Origin: a virus | DNA length: 37,980 nt | IMG/VR virus record: IMGVR_UViG_3300014537_000008 | Direction: 5' to 3' (one strand) | Shown here: positions 26,756-36,162 of the stretch, piece after piece | Layout: every line of letters begins with the position of its first letter | Numbering within the stretch: the first letter of the stretch is position 1 | Notes under the pieces: model-generated | What the model saw: only the letters and a program-made list of their open reading frames with translations | What the model was told of the DNA's origin: nothing | Databases searched by the model: none | Made by a program: the position numbers and the translations under genes

Positions 26756-27502
26756 ATGGATGAACTAATAAAGATCAATTACGAAAAATGACCGGCCCAC
26801 AGTATCGGCAAGAGAACTACATGAATTTTGGAGGTTGGAACGCCGTTTGATAAATGGTTCCCGAGAATGTGCGAGTATGGATTCTCCGATGGAGTTGACT
26901 ATTCGACATTTTTGTCGGATAGGTCTGACGGGCTACCAGGCAGACCGAGAATAGACGCCCAGTTAACCGTTGAGATGGCAAAAGAAATCGCTATGCTTCA
27001 GCGGAACGATAAAGGCAAGATCGCGCGGCAGTATTTCATTCAATTGGAAAAAGATTGGAACAGTCCCGAGAAGGTCATGGCCCGAGCACTGAGGATCGCA
27101 GAAAAAACAATTATCCGCTTAACCGATGAGAACGCTCAACAAAAACAGATCATAGCGGAATACAGCCCCAAAGCGAGCTATTATGATGTCGTACTACAGA
27201 CGCCGGATGCACTGTCTACCAGCCAGATCGCCAAGGACTACGGTAAATCTGCAAAATGGTTAAATCAGTATCTACATGCCCGTGGGGTGCAGTATAACCA
27301 GGGAGGTGTGTGGCTACTGTACCAGAAACATGCAGAGCAGGGCTACACACGATCTAAAACACATGTGTACTGTGGTGACGATGGCCAGCAACATAGCAAA
27401 CTCCACACATACTGGACGCAAAAGGGGCGGCTGTTTATTTATGACTTACTCAAATCAGATGGAATATTCCCGCTGATGGAGCTTGATGATCAACCAGCAT
27501 AG
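26756..27502 (+). CDS. phage antirepressor (AntA/ORF6N-like N-terminus, ORF6C and KilA-C/ANT domains); 5' region disrupted by two compensating homopolymer indels (A5 at 26784-26788, T4 at 26826-26829); the intact ORF resumes at TTG 26828
   Basis: GGGGAG RBS before ATG 26756; frame 1 gives MDELIKINYE, frame 3 gives NDRPTVSARELHEF, frame 1 resumes LEVGTPFDKWFPRMCEYGF; two in-frame TGA codons lie in the shifted 37-nt segment. Confidence 0.6.
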
Positions 27503-27526
27503 AAAAAGGCCCTCCGAAGAGGGTGG
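27503..27526 (-). terminator. rho-independent terminator after the CI-like gene (CCCTC/GAGGG hairpin plus T5 on minus); repeat copy of the 26711-26740 module
   Basis: Read directly. Confidence 0.55.
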
Positions 27527-27529
27527 GAA

Positions 27530-27745
27530 TCAATGTCTTGCTGGATCGTCAGAACGACCAACGAGGTAATCAAGGCTGACATCAAAGTAGTCGGCTAGGG
27601 CGATGAGAATATCAAACGCGGGCTTTCGGCGTCGGGATTCGTAATGCTGAATAGCCAGTTCACTCAAATGCATTTCTACCGCAAGTTGTTTCTGAGTCAG
27701 ATTTTTTGATTTTCGGAGCAGTACTAAGCGTTCAGAAAAAAACAT
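27530..27745 (-). CDS. CI-like XRE-family repressor (HTH only, 71 aa); track ORF extends to 27928
   Basis: LTQKQLAVEMHLSELAIQHYESRRRKP is an HTH_3 motif; GGGAGG RBS before ATG 27745; divergent from the Cro-like gene. Confidence 0.7.
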   Translation of the reverse strand: MFFSERLVLLRKSKNLTQKQLAVEMHLSELAIQHYESRRRKPAFDILIALADYFDVSLDYLVGRSDDPARH

Positions 27746-27776
27746 GACAATACCTCCCAAAATTTTAAATAGGGTA

Positions 27777-27833
27777 TTGACACATACAGATGTTAGTGTT
27801 ATTATAACATCATAACACATACAAATGTTAGTG
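27777..27833 (+). promoter_or_regulatory. rightward early promoter TTGACA-17-TATTAT overlapped by two 19-bp direct-repeat operators ACACATACA(G/A)ATGTTAGTG (27780-27798 and 27815-27833)
   Basis: Exact hexamers and spacing; repeats 35 bp apart flanking the -10. Confidence 0.6.
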
Positions 27834-27857
27834 CTAAATCCAGAAAGAGAGGAGCAC

Positions 27858-28067
27858 ATGAATATGGAATTACGGGCGGCCCGCGAGCAGTCCGGTAAGA
27901 CACAGGCGCAGGTAGCAAAGGAAGCCAAAGTGTCCGAAGTAGCATATCAGCTATACGAGTACGACAAACGGGAACCCGGTGTACGGACGGCAATCCGCAT
28001 AGCGCGGGCACTGGACAGCACAGTGGAAGACCTATTCGGGGCGGCAACCCCGACAAAGGAAGAATAA
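27858..28067 (+). CDS. Cro-like XRE-family HTH regulator (69 aa)
   Basis: GKTQAQVAKEAKVSEVAYQLYE is an HTH_3 motif; GAGAGGAG RBS; track ORF starts at 27825. Confidence 0.7.
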   Translation: MNMELRAAREQSGKTQAQVAKEAKVSEVAYQLYEYDKREPGVRTAIRIARALDSTVEDLFGAATPTKEE

Positions 28068-28122
28068 CACAATGGACGGAAAACGTCAAGCCAAAACAAA
28101 ATCGCATAAAGGAGGTGACACA

Positions 28123-28338
28123 ATGAAACTGATCATAGAAGGAAGCGGAAAAGAAATAGCCGACCTTGTACAGGAGACACAAAATCGGCCAAAGAGTTTC
28201 AATGCAATTATCGTTGACAATAAAATCCTCATTCGAGAACCGTATCAGCGAAACTATCGCGTTGTGGGCAAAGTTCGAGAGGATCAACGCTTGAAGCAAG
28301 ATAAAAATTCAAGGAGGAAGAAACAAGAAAGGAAATGA
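28123..28338 (+). CDS. hypothetical 71-aa protein with a basic C-terminus
   Basis: AAAGGAGGTGA RBS before ATG 28123. Confidence 0.5.
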   Translation: MKLIIEGSGKEIADLVQETQNRPKSFNAIIVDNKILIREPYQRNYRVVGKVREDQRLKQDKNSRRKKQERK

Positions 28339-28345
28339 AGAACCA

Positions 28346-29227
28346 ATGAAAATCGACAAAGAATTTCAAGGGTTAATCCCGTCTCTGACGGAAGATGAAT
28401 ACCAGCAATTGGAAGCAAACATCATTGCCGATGGATGCCGAGACGCGCTAGTGACGTGGAATGGAATCCTGATTGATGGCCACAACCGATATCGGATATG
28501 CCAAGAAAATGATATCCCGTTTGCAACGATATCAAAGGATTTTCCGGACCGAGAAGCTGTCATCGAATGGATTATCCGAAATCAGTTTGGACGGCGGAAT
28601 CTGACACCGTTTCAACGGGCGGAGTTGGCGCTAAAGCTGAAACCGGTAGTGGAGAGGAAGGCGAAAGAAAGACAAGAAAATACCCATCTTGTAGGACCTG
28701 GAATCCAAAAGAAAAATATGGTGGTGCAGAAATCTGCACAACCATCAAAGTCCCGCGACGAGCTAGCCGCTATGGCCGGAATCTCCCATGATACGCTTAA
28801 GCGTGCGGAAACAATCATGAAAAAAGGCACGCCAGAGCAAGTCCAGCGGGCAAGGGAAGGAGGAAATGGAAACAGAATAGGTACAATCTACAATGAAATT
28901 GTTACAGGGGGGATTGAGACGCAAGTTTGCTCATCATGTGGAAAAGAACTGCCGATCAAAGAGTTTTACGCCAACAAAAAGCAATGCAAGACATCCTATC
29001 GGGGCACGATATCGCAAAAGCCATGGCGGATTTGGATATGGAGGTTGCGAGATATGACACACCATGACCGCATCAAAGCTATCATCTGGACACCAGCGGC
29101 AATCACAGTCGCCCTGGTCGCTGCATACTGGTGCGGGACAGACCGTGTGGGCTGGATGGGGTTGGTCCTGTGCGGCGTGGTGGCAGCAATATGCGGAGTA
29201 GTAGAATGGGTTATAGAGAGGAGGTGA
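28346..29227 (+). CDS. ParB-like nuclease / DNA-binding domain protein with a Cys-rich segment and two C-terminal TM helices (an internal in-frame start at 29054 has its own GGAGAGG RBS)
   Basis: N-terminal ParB/Srx motif LIDGHNRY; HTH; hydrophobic C-terminal 57 aa. Confidence 0.6.
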   Translation: MKIDKEFQGLIPSLTEDEYQQLEANIIADGCRDALVTWNGILIDGHNRYRICQENDIPFATISKDFPDREAVIEWIIRNQFGRRNLTPFQRAELALKLKPVVERKAKERQENTHLVGPGIQKKNMVVQKSAQPSKSRDELAAMAGISHDTLKRAETIMKKGTPEQVQRAREGGNGNRIGTIYNEIVTGGIETQVCSSCGKELPIKEFYANKKQCKTSYRGTISQKPWRIWIWRLRDMTHHDRIKAIIWTPAAITVALVAAYWCGTDRVGWMGLVLCGVVAAICGVVEWVIERR

Positions 29228-29232
29228 CCAAG

Positions 29233-29427
29233 ATGCTATCAACCAGACGACCATCAAAAGCAATCCAGATAGCAGCCAAGTTGGTACAAAGGATCAGGGC
29301 TGAGTGCCCCAATACGGGCTGCGCAGAGTGCCATTTTTACAACCGGGACCGCCGGGAGTGTATGTTTGCAAAGCAGCCCTACGAGTGGGACATACCGACG
29401 GATTTGCTCAAAAAAATAGAGCCGTAG
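29233..29427 (+). CDS. small Cys-rich zinc-ribbon protein (64 aa)
   Basis: AGGAGGTGA RBS; CPNTGCAECHFYNRDRREC. Confidence 0.5.
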   Translation: MLSTRRPSKAIQIAAKLVQRIRAECPNTGCAECHFYNRDRRECMFAKQPYEWDIPTDLLKKIEP

Positions 29428-29479
29428 AGGCCCCAAAAATCATCCAACCTAACTATATCACAAAAAAGGAGATTTTGCA

Positions 29480-29803
29480 ATGGTAGAAATTAAAATCATC
29501 ACGGACACAATGCAGGAAGCGTTAGCAGAAATGTCAAAATTTAAAGAGCCAGCAGAGACCGTCACAGAAAAGCCGATAGAGATAACCACAGTTGAAGTGC
29601 CAGAAGTCGAGACATCAGAAGAAAAAGTTACAGAGGAAACCAAATACAGCCTAGCCGAGGTTCGCGGCACTCTAGCTGCCTTGACTAAGGCCGGCAAGCG
29701 TCAGCAGGTGCAAGACCTCATCAGGAGTTTTGGGGTGACAAAACTGCCAGAAATCCCTGAGGATAAATATGCAGAGGTCATGCAAAAGGCGGGTGAAATT
29801 TGA
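29480..29803 (+). CDS. hypothetical acidic protein (107 aa)
   Basis: AAAAGGAGAT RBS. Confidence 0.5.
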   Translation: MVEIKIITDTMQEALAEMSKFKEPAETVTEKPIEITTVEVPEVETSEEKVTEETKYSLAEVRGTLAALTKAGKRQQVQDLIRSFGVTKLPEIPEDKYAEVMQKAGEI

Positions 29804-30972
29804 TGCCTCATGCACTACTGTCCGCAAGTGGAGCAAAACGATGGATGATGTGTCCTCCATCAGCACTCTTAGAGTCTCAGGCGAAAGATACGGAGAGCGT
29901 GTATGCAGCGGAAGGCACTCTTGCCCACAGTTTAGCGGAGCTGATGCTGCGATATAACAACAACGAGATGACAAAAAGGACATTTACAACTCGTTTCGGC
30001 AAGCTCAAGCAGGACCCATTGTATAGCCAAGAAATGCAAGACCACATCGAAAACTATGCCACACAGGTATGGGAGATCGCCAACGAAACACGAATGACCA
30101 ACCCTGATGCACTAGTACTGTTTGAACAGTGTCTTGACTTTTCTGAGTACGTGCCAGAAGGGTTTGGCACAGGGGACGTAGTAATTGTAGCCGATGATAC
30201 CGTCCATATTATTGACCTCAAATATGGCAAGGGTGTCGGTGTTGTAGCGCAGAACAATCCACAGACAAGGCTATATGGGCTAGGCGCCTATCTAGAGTAC
30301 TCTATGTTATATAACATTGACCATATCCGTATGACCATCATCCAACCACGACTGGAAAATACTACGACGGAAGAAATGTCAGTGGACGAGCTGCTAGCCT
30401 GGGCAGAATCAGAGGTCAGACCAAAGGCCCAACTTGCGTTGACAGGCGAGGGCGAGTTTGCCGTGGGGGATCATTGCCAATTTTGCAAAGTCCGTGCAAC
30501 CTGCCGCAAACGAGCCGAGCATAACTTAGAACTGGCAAAATTTGAATTTGCGGACCCCGCGTTGTTATCCAACCTGGAGATTGGCGGAATTTTAGGGCAG
30601 GCCAATGCGCTAGCCCACTGGGTCAAGGACGTCACAGACTATGCTCTCGCAGAGGCGCTAAAGGGTACAAAATATGTCGGCTGGAAGCTAGTCGAAGGCC
30701 AAAGCCGGAGAAAATATGCGGATCAAACAAAAATCGCGGACGTGCTATCTAAAGATGGATGGACAAGGGAGGCTATCTACAAGCCGGAAGAGCTGATTGG
30801 TATCAACGATATGACGAGATTGCTAGGCAAGAAAAAATTTGATGAACTTTTGGGAGAGTACGTCATAAAACCCACAGGAGCGCCAACGTTAGCACCCGAA
30901 TCCGACAGCCGGCCAGAACTAGGTTCCACATCATCAGCAAAAAAAGATTTTACAATTGAAATCATAGAATAG
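29803..30972 (+). CDS. PD-(D/E)xK nuclease, Cas4/RecB-like (DUF2800 family) with a C-terminal Cys cluster
   Basis: GDVVIVADD...IIDLKYGKG nuclease motif; CQFCKVRATC cluster; sits beside DUF2815 and PolA as in known phage replication modules. Confidence 0.7.
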   Translation: MPHALLSASGAKRWMMCPPSALLESQAKDTESVYAAEGTLAHSLAELMLRYNNNEMTKRTFTTRFGKLKQDPLYSQEMQDHIENYATQVWEIANETRMTNPDALVLFEQCLDFSEYVPEGFGTGDVVIVADDTVHIIDLKYGKGVGVVAQNNPQTRLYGLGAYLEYSMLYNIDHIRMTIIQPRLENTTTEEMSVDELLAWAESEVRPKAQLALTGEGEFAVGDHCQFCKVRATCRKRAEHNLELAKFEFADPALLSNLEIGGILGQANALAHWVKDVTDYALAEALKGTKYVGWKLVEGQSRRKYADQTKIADVLSKDGWTREAIYKPEELIGINDMTRLLGKKKFDELLGEYVIKPTGAPTLAPESDSRPELGSTSSAKKDFTIEIIE

Positions 30973-30983
30973 GAGAGATAATC

Positions 30984-31529
30984 ATGAGCACAAAAGTTAT
31001 CACAGGAAAAGTACGATTCAGCTATGTCAATATTTTTAAGAGTCGGGCATTTCAACCTGGTCAAGAGGAAAAGTTTTCGATTTGCCTACTAATACCCAAA
31101 AAAGACAAGAAAACGATACAAGCGATCAAAGACGCAATAGATGTTGCAATACAAGAGGGAATCGCGGAAAAGTGGGGTGGCAAAAAGCCGGCAAACCTAA
31201 AACTCCCATTGCGTGACGGCGATGAAGAAAGAGCCGAAGAGGCAGAAGAGTACGAGGGTATGTACTTCCTAAACGCCAACAGCAACCAAAAGCCTGGAAT
31301 TATTGACAGGTACAAGAATGAAATTTTGGACCCAACAGAGGTTTATTCGGGATGCTGGGGGCGCGCGTCAATCAACTTTTTCCCTTTCAACAGCAATGGA
31401 AATAAAGGCGTGGCTGTCGGGCTCAACAACATACAAAAACTGGACGACGATGAGCCATTAGGTGGAGTCAGGGCTTCCGCAGAATCCGATTTTGACGATG
31501 AGTATGAAGATGATGACATGCTGGGGTGA
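30984..31529 (+). CDS. DUF2815 family protein (ssDNA-binding-like) with an acidic tail
   Basis: Conserved partner of DUF2800 and PolA; acidic DDEYEDDDMLG C-terminus. Confidence 0.65.
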   Translation: MSTKVITGKVRFSYVNIFKSRAFQPGQEEKFSICLLIPKKDKKTIQAIKDAIDVAIQEGIAEKWGGKKPANLKLPLRDGDEERAEEAEEYEGMYFLNANSNQKPGIIDRYKNEILDPTEVYSGCWGRASINFFPFNSNGNKGVAVGLNNIQKLDDDEPLGGVRASAESDFDDEYEDDDMLG

Positions 31530-31534
31530 GCTAT

Positions 31535-33484
31535 ATGACACTCAGTATAGATCTGGAGACCTATTCCAGCGTTGACATCAAAGAATCAGGGGTATACGCC
31601 TATTCGGCGTCCCCTGACTTTGAAATCTTACTAATCGGTTATAAGCTCGACAACCGGGACGTACAAATCATTGATTTAACTAGCGGAGAAGAACAACCAG
31701 AATTCTGGAAGGCGTTGTACGATCCGGCTGTAATCAAAACGGCATACAACGCCAACTTCGAGAGGACCTGTCTTGCGGCCTGGACAAAACGACCGATGCC
31801 ACCAGAAGAGTGGCGGTGTACAGCCGTTCGCGCCGCGACACTAGGGCTGCCTAGTACGCTAGGAGGTGTTGGCGCAGCTCTCGGGCTACCGGAAGATCAG
31901 CAAAAAAATGCCATCGGAAAACAGCTGATCAACTATTTTTGCAAACCCTGTAAGCCGACCAAAACAAATGGAGGGCGGACACGGAATCTGCCGGAGCACG
32001 CGCCAGAAAAATGGGCGCAATTTGTCGAATACAATCGACAAGACGTTGTTGCAGAGGCGGCAATACTGGACAAACTGCGGGTTTACCCCATCCCGGACAC
32101 AGAGCAAAAACTGTGGGAGCTAGACCAAAAAATGAATGATCGTGGTATCGCATTAGATATGGATTTGGCCGAAAAAATCATCCGGTTTGAACCACAGTAT
32201 CGTAGCCGATTGACGGCGGAAGCGGTACAGATTACTGGTCTGGAGAACCCAAACAGTCTGACTCAGCTAAAAGAATGGTATCAGCAAACTTACGGAATAC
32301 CAATCACAAGTCTGACCAAGGACACGATCCCGGAGATACGCGAGCAACTACCAACGGGGTCCGGACGAAGAATGCTAGAAATCCGGTCCGAACTAGGGAA
32401 AACCAGCGTCAAAAAATATCAGGCAATGCAAAACGCTGTCTGCCCGGATGGACGTTTGCGCGGCATCCTCCAATTCTATGGGGCAAACCGTACTGGGCGC
32501 TGGGCCGGGCGTATTGTACAAGTCCACAATCTTCCGCAAAACAAAATACCAGATTTAGAGCTGACCCGAGAGCTAGTCAAAGACGAAGATTTTGATACGC
32601 TGGAAATGCTGTTTGGTGGGCTGCCCTATGTTTTTTCGCAGCTGGTGCGGACCGCATTTGTGCCGTCTCCTGGTTGTCGATTCGTCGTATCAGACTTCTC
32701 CGCCATCGAGGCCCGTGTCATTGCGTGGCTAGCGGATGAGGATTGGCGGCTGAAAGTTTTTCGTACGCATGGAAAAATCTATGAAGCGTCAGCGGCCCAG
32801 ATGTTCCACGTCCCTCTTGATCAAGTTAAAAAAGGCAGCAAGCTGCGTCAACAAGGTAAGATAGCGGAGTTAGCGCTCGGTTATGGCGGAGGCTTTGGCG
32901 CGATTAAAGCCATGGACAAAGCGGGAGCAATCCCTGACGATGAAATCCCAATGATCATCACAAATTGGCGCAAGGCGAGCCCCAAAATCTGCAAATTTTG
33001 GTATAATGCCGAAGCGGCTGCAAAAACTGCAATCGAGGAGCACCGCACCGTCAAACTCAAACACGGCCTAAGCTTTTCCTACGCCAATAAAATTTTATTT
33101 ATAGGGCTACCATCTGGGCGCAAACTTGCTTATTATGACGCCCGAATAGAAGAAAACAAAAAAGGCAAGGAAGCCATTACCTACTCAGGCGTGGAGCAAG
33201 ATACAAAGCACTGGGGCAGATTGGAAACCTGGGGTGGAAAACTAGTTGAGAATATTGTGCAGGCGGTTGCGAGAGACTGCCTAGCGGAAACCATGAAACG
33301 AGTGTCAGCCGCAGGATATCAAATTGTAATGCACGTTCACGATGAAATCATTGTTGACGCACCAAAGGAGGATACATCCGCGCTAGATACGATCACGGCG
33401 ATGATGGCTGAACCAATCCTCTGGGCACCAGACTTACCTTTACGGGGGGACGGATTCGAAACGAATTTTTATCGAAAGGATTGA
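31535..33484 (+). CDS. family-A DNA polymerase (3'-5' exonuclease plus PolA domain); track start GTG 31526
   Basis: Exo I motif SIDLET; Pol motifs DFSAIEARV, KxxxLALGYGGG, HVHDEIIVD. Confidence 0.85.
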   Translation: MTLSIDLETYSSVDIKESGVYAYSASPDFEILLIGYKLDNRDVQIIDLTSGEEQPEFWKALYDPAVIKTAYNANFERTCLAAWTKRPMPPEEWRCTAVRAATLGLPSTLGGVGAALGLPEDQQKNAIGKQLINYFCKPCKPTKTNGGRTRNLPEHAPEKWAQFVEYNRQDVVAEAAILDKLRVYPIPDTEQKLWELDQKMNDRGIALDMDLAEKIIRFEPQYRSRLTAEAVQITGLENPNSLTQLKEWYQQTYGIPITSLTKDTIPEIREQLPTGSGRRMLEIRSELGKTSVKKYQAMQNAVCPDGRLRGILQFYGANRTGRWAGRIVQVHNLPQNKIPDLELTRELVKDEDFDTLEMLFGGLPYVFSQLVRTAFVPSPGCRFVVSDFSAIEARVIAWLADEDWRLKVFRTHGKIYEASAAQMFHVPLDQVKKGSKLRQQGKIAELALGYGGGFGAIKAMDKAGAIPDDEIPMIITNWRKASPKICKFWYNAEAAAKTAIEEHRTVKLKHGLSFSYANKILFIGLPSGRKLAYYDARIEENKKGKEAITYSGVEQDTKHWGRLETWGGKLVENIVQAVARDCLAETMKRVSAAGYQIVMHVHDEIIVDAPKEDTSALDTITAMMAEPILWAPDLPLRGDGFETNFYRKD

Positions 33485-35886
33485 TGCAAATGGACGTTGC
33501 CAGGCTATCAGATCACAAGCTGGATGTCAAGTACGATGGTAGTCTACAGCTTGCAATTGGGCGCAGCCGACGAGAGACGGAATGGAAGAATCAATCCTGG
33601 TCCTGGTCCCGACTGCTAAAACGCCTGACGCAACCTACCCAAACGGCAGAGACACTGGCAGAATATGACAAAATGTCCAAAGACGATCAAGACAAAATCA
33701 AAGATGTAGGCGGTTTTGTCGGTGGAAGTCTTAGAGACGGACGCCGACGAGCTGACACGGTGCTCAGCCGCAAGCTGATCACCCTAGATGCTGACTTTGC
33801 GCCTCCTGAATTGACTGATGATTTGACAATCCAGATGAACTGTGCTTACGCAGTATACTCGACTCATAAGCACACGCCAGCAAAACCCAGATTCCGTCTC
33901 CTGATACCTCTGGATCGCCCAGTGACGCCGGATGAATACGAGGCAATCGCCCGAAAGTTGGCAGACGATATTGGCATCGATTACTTTGACGACACCACCT
34001 ACCAACCCGCACGGCTGATGTATTGGCCATCCGTGGCCCAGGACGGAGACTATGTATTTACCTACGAAGATCAACCCTGGCTACAGGCAGATGCAGTTCT
34101 TGCCAAATACCCGGACTGGACGGATACAAGCTTTTGGCCGGAAAGCAGCCGAACCAAAGAACAGCGAATAAAAATTGCGAAAAAGCAGGGTGATCCCCGC
34201 GAAAAAAGTGGCTTGATTGGGGCATTTTGCCGGGCATATTCGATCGAAGACGCTATCGCATCCTTTTTACCGGAGGTCTATATCCCGTGCACGATTCCGG
34301 GGCGCTACACGTATGCAGAAGGCTCCACAGCAGCAGGTTTGGTTTTGTATGAGGACGGCAAATTTGCATATAGCAATCATGCAACAGACCCAGTTAGCGG
34401 TAAATTGTGCAATGCCTTTGACCTAGTACGCATCCACAAGTTTGGGACGCTGGATGAGGACATAGATGCGCCTACAACAAAACTGCCATCATACAAGGCT
34501 ATGATCGAGCTGGCGCGGGAAGATGACCAAACCAAACAGGAGCTGGCGCAAGCCAAGCGAGCGGAAGCCGCAGAGGATTTCGCCGAGGCCGAGTGGGTCA
34601 ATCATCTAACCTACGACAAAAGAGGTCAGATGGAAACCAGCCTGTCCAACGTAGTGTTAATCATGCAATATGATCCTGGGCTCAAGGGGATAGTGTACAA
34701 TCAGATGGCAGGCAATCTGGAAATCATCAGTGCAATTCCCTGGGCTCATCCAGGGGGATTTTGGAGAGACGCGGATGACGCACAGTTAGAAGTCTTTTTG
34801 TCATCGCACTATGCCGAGTTTCCAAAGGCCAGAATCATGACAGCCGTAACAAAGGTAGCGGATGACCGGTCCTATCATCCAGTGCGAGAGTACCTGGATA
34901 CCTTGCCAGAATGGGATGGGACTGAGAGAGTTGACACATTGTTGATTGACTATCTGAGCGCCGAAGACTCGGCATATACAAGGGCAGTCACGCGAAAAAC
35001 ATTGTGCGCCGCGATTGCACGAGTGCGCCATCCAGGCTGTAAATTTGACACGATTCTAGTCCTCTGTGGGCCGCAAGGAATCGGGAAAAGCACTTTAGTA
35101 GCAAAGCTAGGCGGGGAATGGTTTTCTGACGCAATTAGCCTCGCTGATACGCGAGATAAGACGGCAGCTGAGAAGGTACAAGGAAACTGGATCATCGAAT
35201 TGGGTGAACTGGCCGGCCTGCGCAAGGCCGACGAACGGGATTTGAAAAGCTTTATCACGCGTCAAGACGACAAGTATCGGGCCAGCTACGGCCGTCGAGT
35301 AGAATCTCATCCGAGGCAGAGCATTTTCATCGGAACGACTAACGAAACAGAAGGATATCTGAATGATACAACAGGCGGACGCCGTTTTTGGCCGGTCAAT
35401 ACGCCGTGTGTAGGGCATAAAAAAGTCTGGGATATGACGCAAGCTACGGTTGACCAGATTTGGGCAGAGGCGAAGTACCGGTACGACGTAGAAGGGGAAA
35501 AATTAATACTATCGGATGACGTACAAAGCGTAGCTGCAAAACAACAGCAAAACGCTACGCAAAACGATCCGAGAGCGGGCATGGTACAGGAATATCTTGA
35601 CAAACTTTTACCCGCTAATTGGTCTGATCTGAGTATCTATGATCGGCGAGTATACCTGTATGGGAATGATCTGGGGGAAGCCCCACAAATCGGCACAGAA
35701 CTGCGTCAGTATGTCTGCTACCAAGAGATTTGGTGTGAGTGTTTCAAACGACCATTAGAAACCATGGAAGCAAAAGACGCATACGCAATCCGGCGAATCA
35801 TGTCAAAGATAGAGGGATGGGATCAAACCCAAAAACGGATACGAATACCGCCCTACGGACAACAGCGAGTCTACGAAAGGGTGTGA
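33484..35886 (+). CDS. primase/helicase: N-terminal primase-polymerase-like domain plus a VirE / P4-type P-loop NTPase domain
   Basis: LCGPQGIGKST Walker A; virulence-associated-protein-E family pattern; 801 aa; ATGA overlap with the polA stop. Confidence 0.75.
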   Translation: MQMDVARLSDHKLDVKYDGSLQLAIGRSRRETEWKNQSWSWSRLLKRLTQPTQTAETLAEYDKMSKDDQDKIKDVGGFVGGSLRDGRRRADTVLSRKLITLDADFAPPELTDDLTIQMNCAYAVYSTHKHTPAKPRFRLLIPLDRPVTPDEYEAIARKLADDIGIDYFDDTTYQPARLMYWPSVAQDGDYVFTYEDQPWLQADAVLAKYPDWTDTSFWPESSRTKEQRIKIAKKQGDPREKSGLIGAFCRAYSIEDAIASFLPEVYIPCTIPGRYTYAEGSTAAGLVLYEDGKFAYSNHATDPVSGKLCNAFDLVRIHKFGTLDEDIDAPTTKLPSYKAMIELAREDDQTKQELAQAKRAEAAEDFAEAEWVNHLTYDKRGQMETSLSNVVLIMQYDPGLKGIVYNQMAGNLEIISAIPWAHPGGFWRDADDAQLEVFLSSHYAEFPKARIMTAVTKVADDRSYHPVREYLDTLPEWDGTERVDTLLIDYLSAEDSAYTRAVTRKTLCAAIARVRHPGCKFDTILVLCGPQGIGKSTLVAKLGGEWFSDAISLADTRDKTAAEKVQGNWIIELGELAGLRKADERDLKSFITRQDDKYRASYGRRVESHPRQSIFIGTTNETEGYLNDTTGGRRFWPVNTPCVGHKKVWDMTQATVDQIWAEAKYRYDVEGEKLILSDDVQSVAAKQQQNATQNDPRAGMVQEYLDKLLPANWSDLSIYDRRVYLYGNDLGEAPQIGTELRQYVCYQEIWCECFKRPLETMEAKDAYAIRRIMSKIEGWDQTQKRIRIPPYGQQRVYERV

Positions 35887-36162
35887 CACGACCTATTGAC
35901 AACCCCTATGACAACCCTGTGACAAGTTTTTAGATTTAAAAGCTGTCACAGGGCTGTGACAACCTGAAAAATAGTTGTCACAGGGTAATTACGGGGTTGT
36001 CACAAGGTTGTCACACTGATAAATAGAAGGCTAGAGCCTATTTGTGACAACTGTGACAACTATTTATCTAAGGACTTTAAAAAGTAAGGTTTTACACAGA
36101 TAATAGTGTTAAAACACGCATATATACTCATATACGCGCGCGCGCGCGCGCGCGTGTCACAC
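35883..36162. repeat. iteron array: at least 11 copies of GTTGTCACA(G/A)G / CCTGTGACAAC in both orientations; putative origin of replication
   Basis: Copies at about 35898, 35910, 35918, 35944, 35955, 35974, 35997, 36008, 36043, 36052 and 36156. Confidence 0.65.
36135..36154. repeat. (CG)10 alternating dinucleotide tract
   Basis: Read directly; lies inside the putative ori, 22 nt upstream of the VRR-NUC start. Confidence 0.9.

Noticed and set aside
26789-26825. Two in-frame TGA codons in ant as evidence of UGA recoding (alternative genetic code)
   Set aside because: TGA is used as a normal stop in many other genes here (terL, tape measure, polA). Re-framing shows the conserved peptide is encoded in another frame, so compensating indels explain the stops.
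35883-36162. Iteron array as a CRISPR-like or satellite repeat
   Set aside because: Repeats are 11 bp, irregularly spaced and in both orientations, with no unique spacers; they fit replication-origin iterons.
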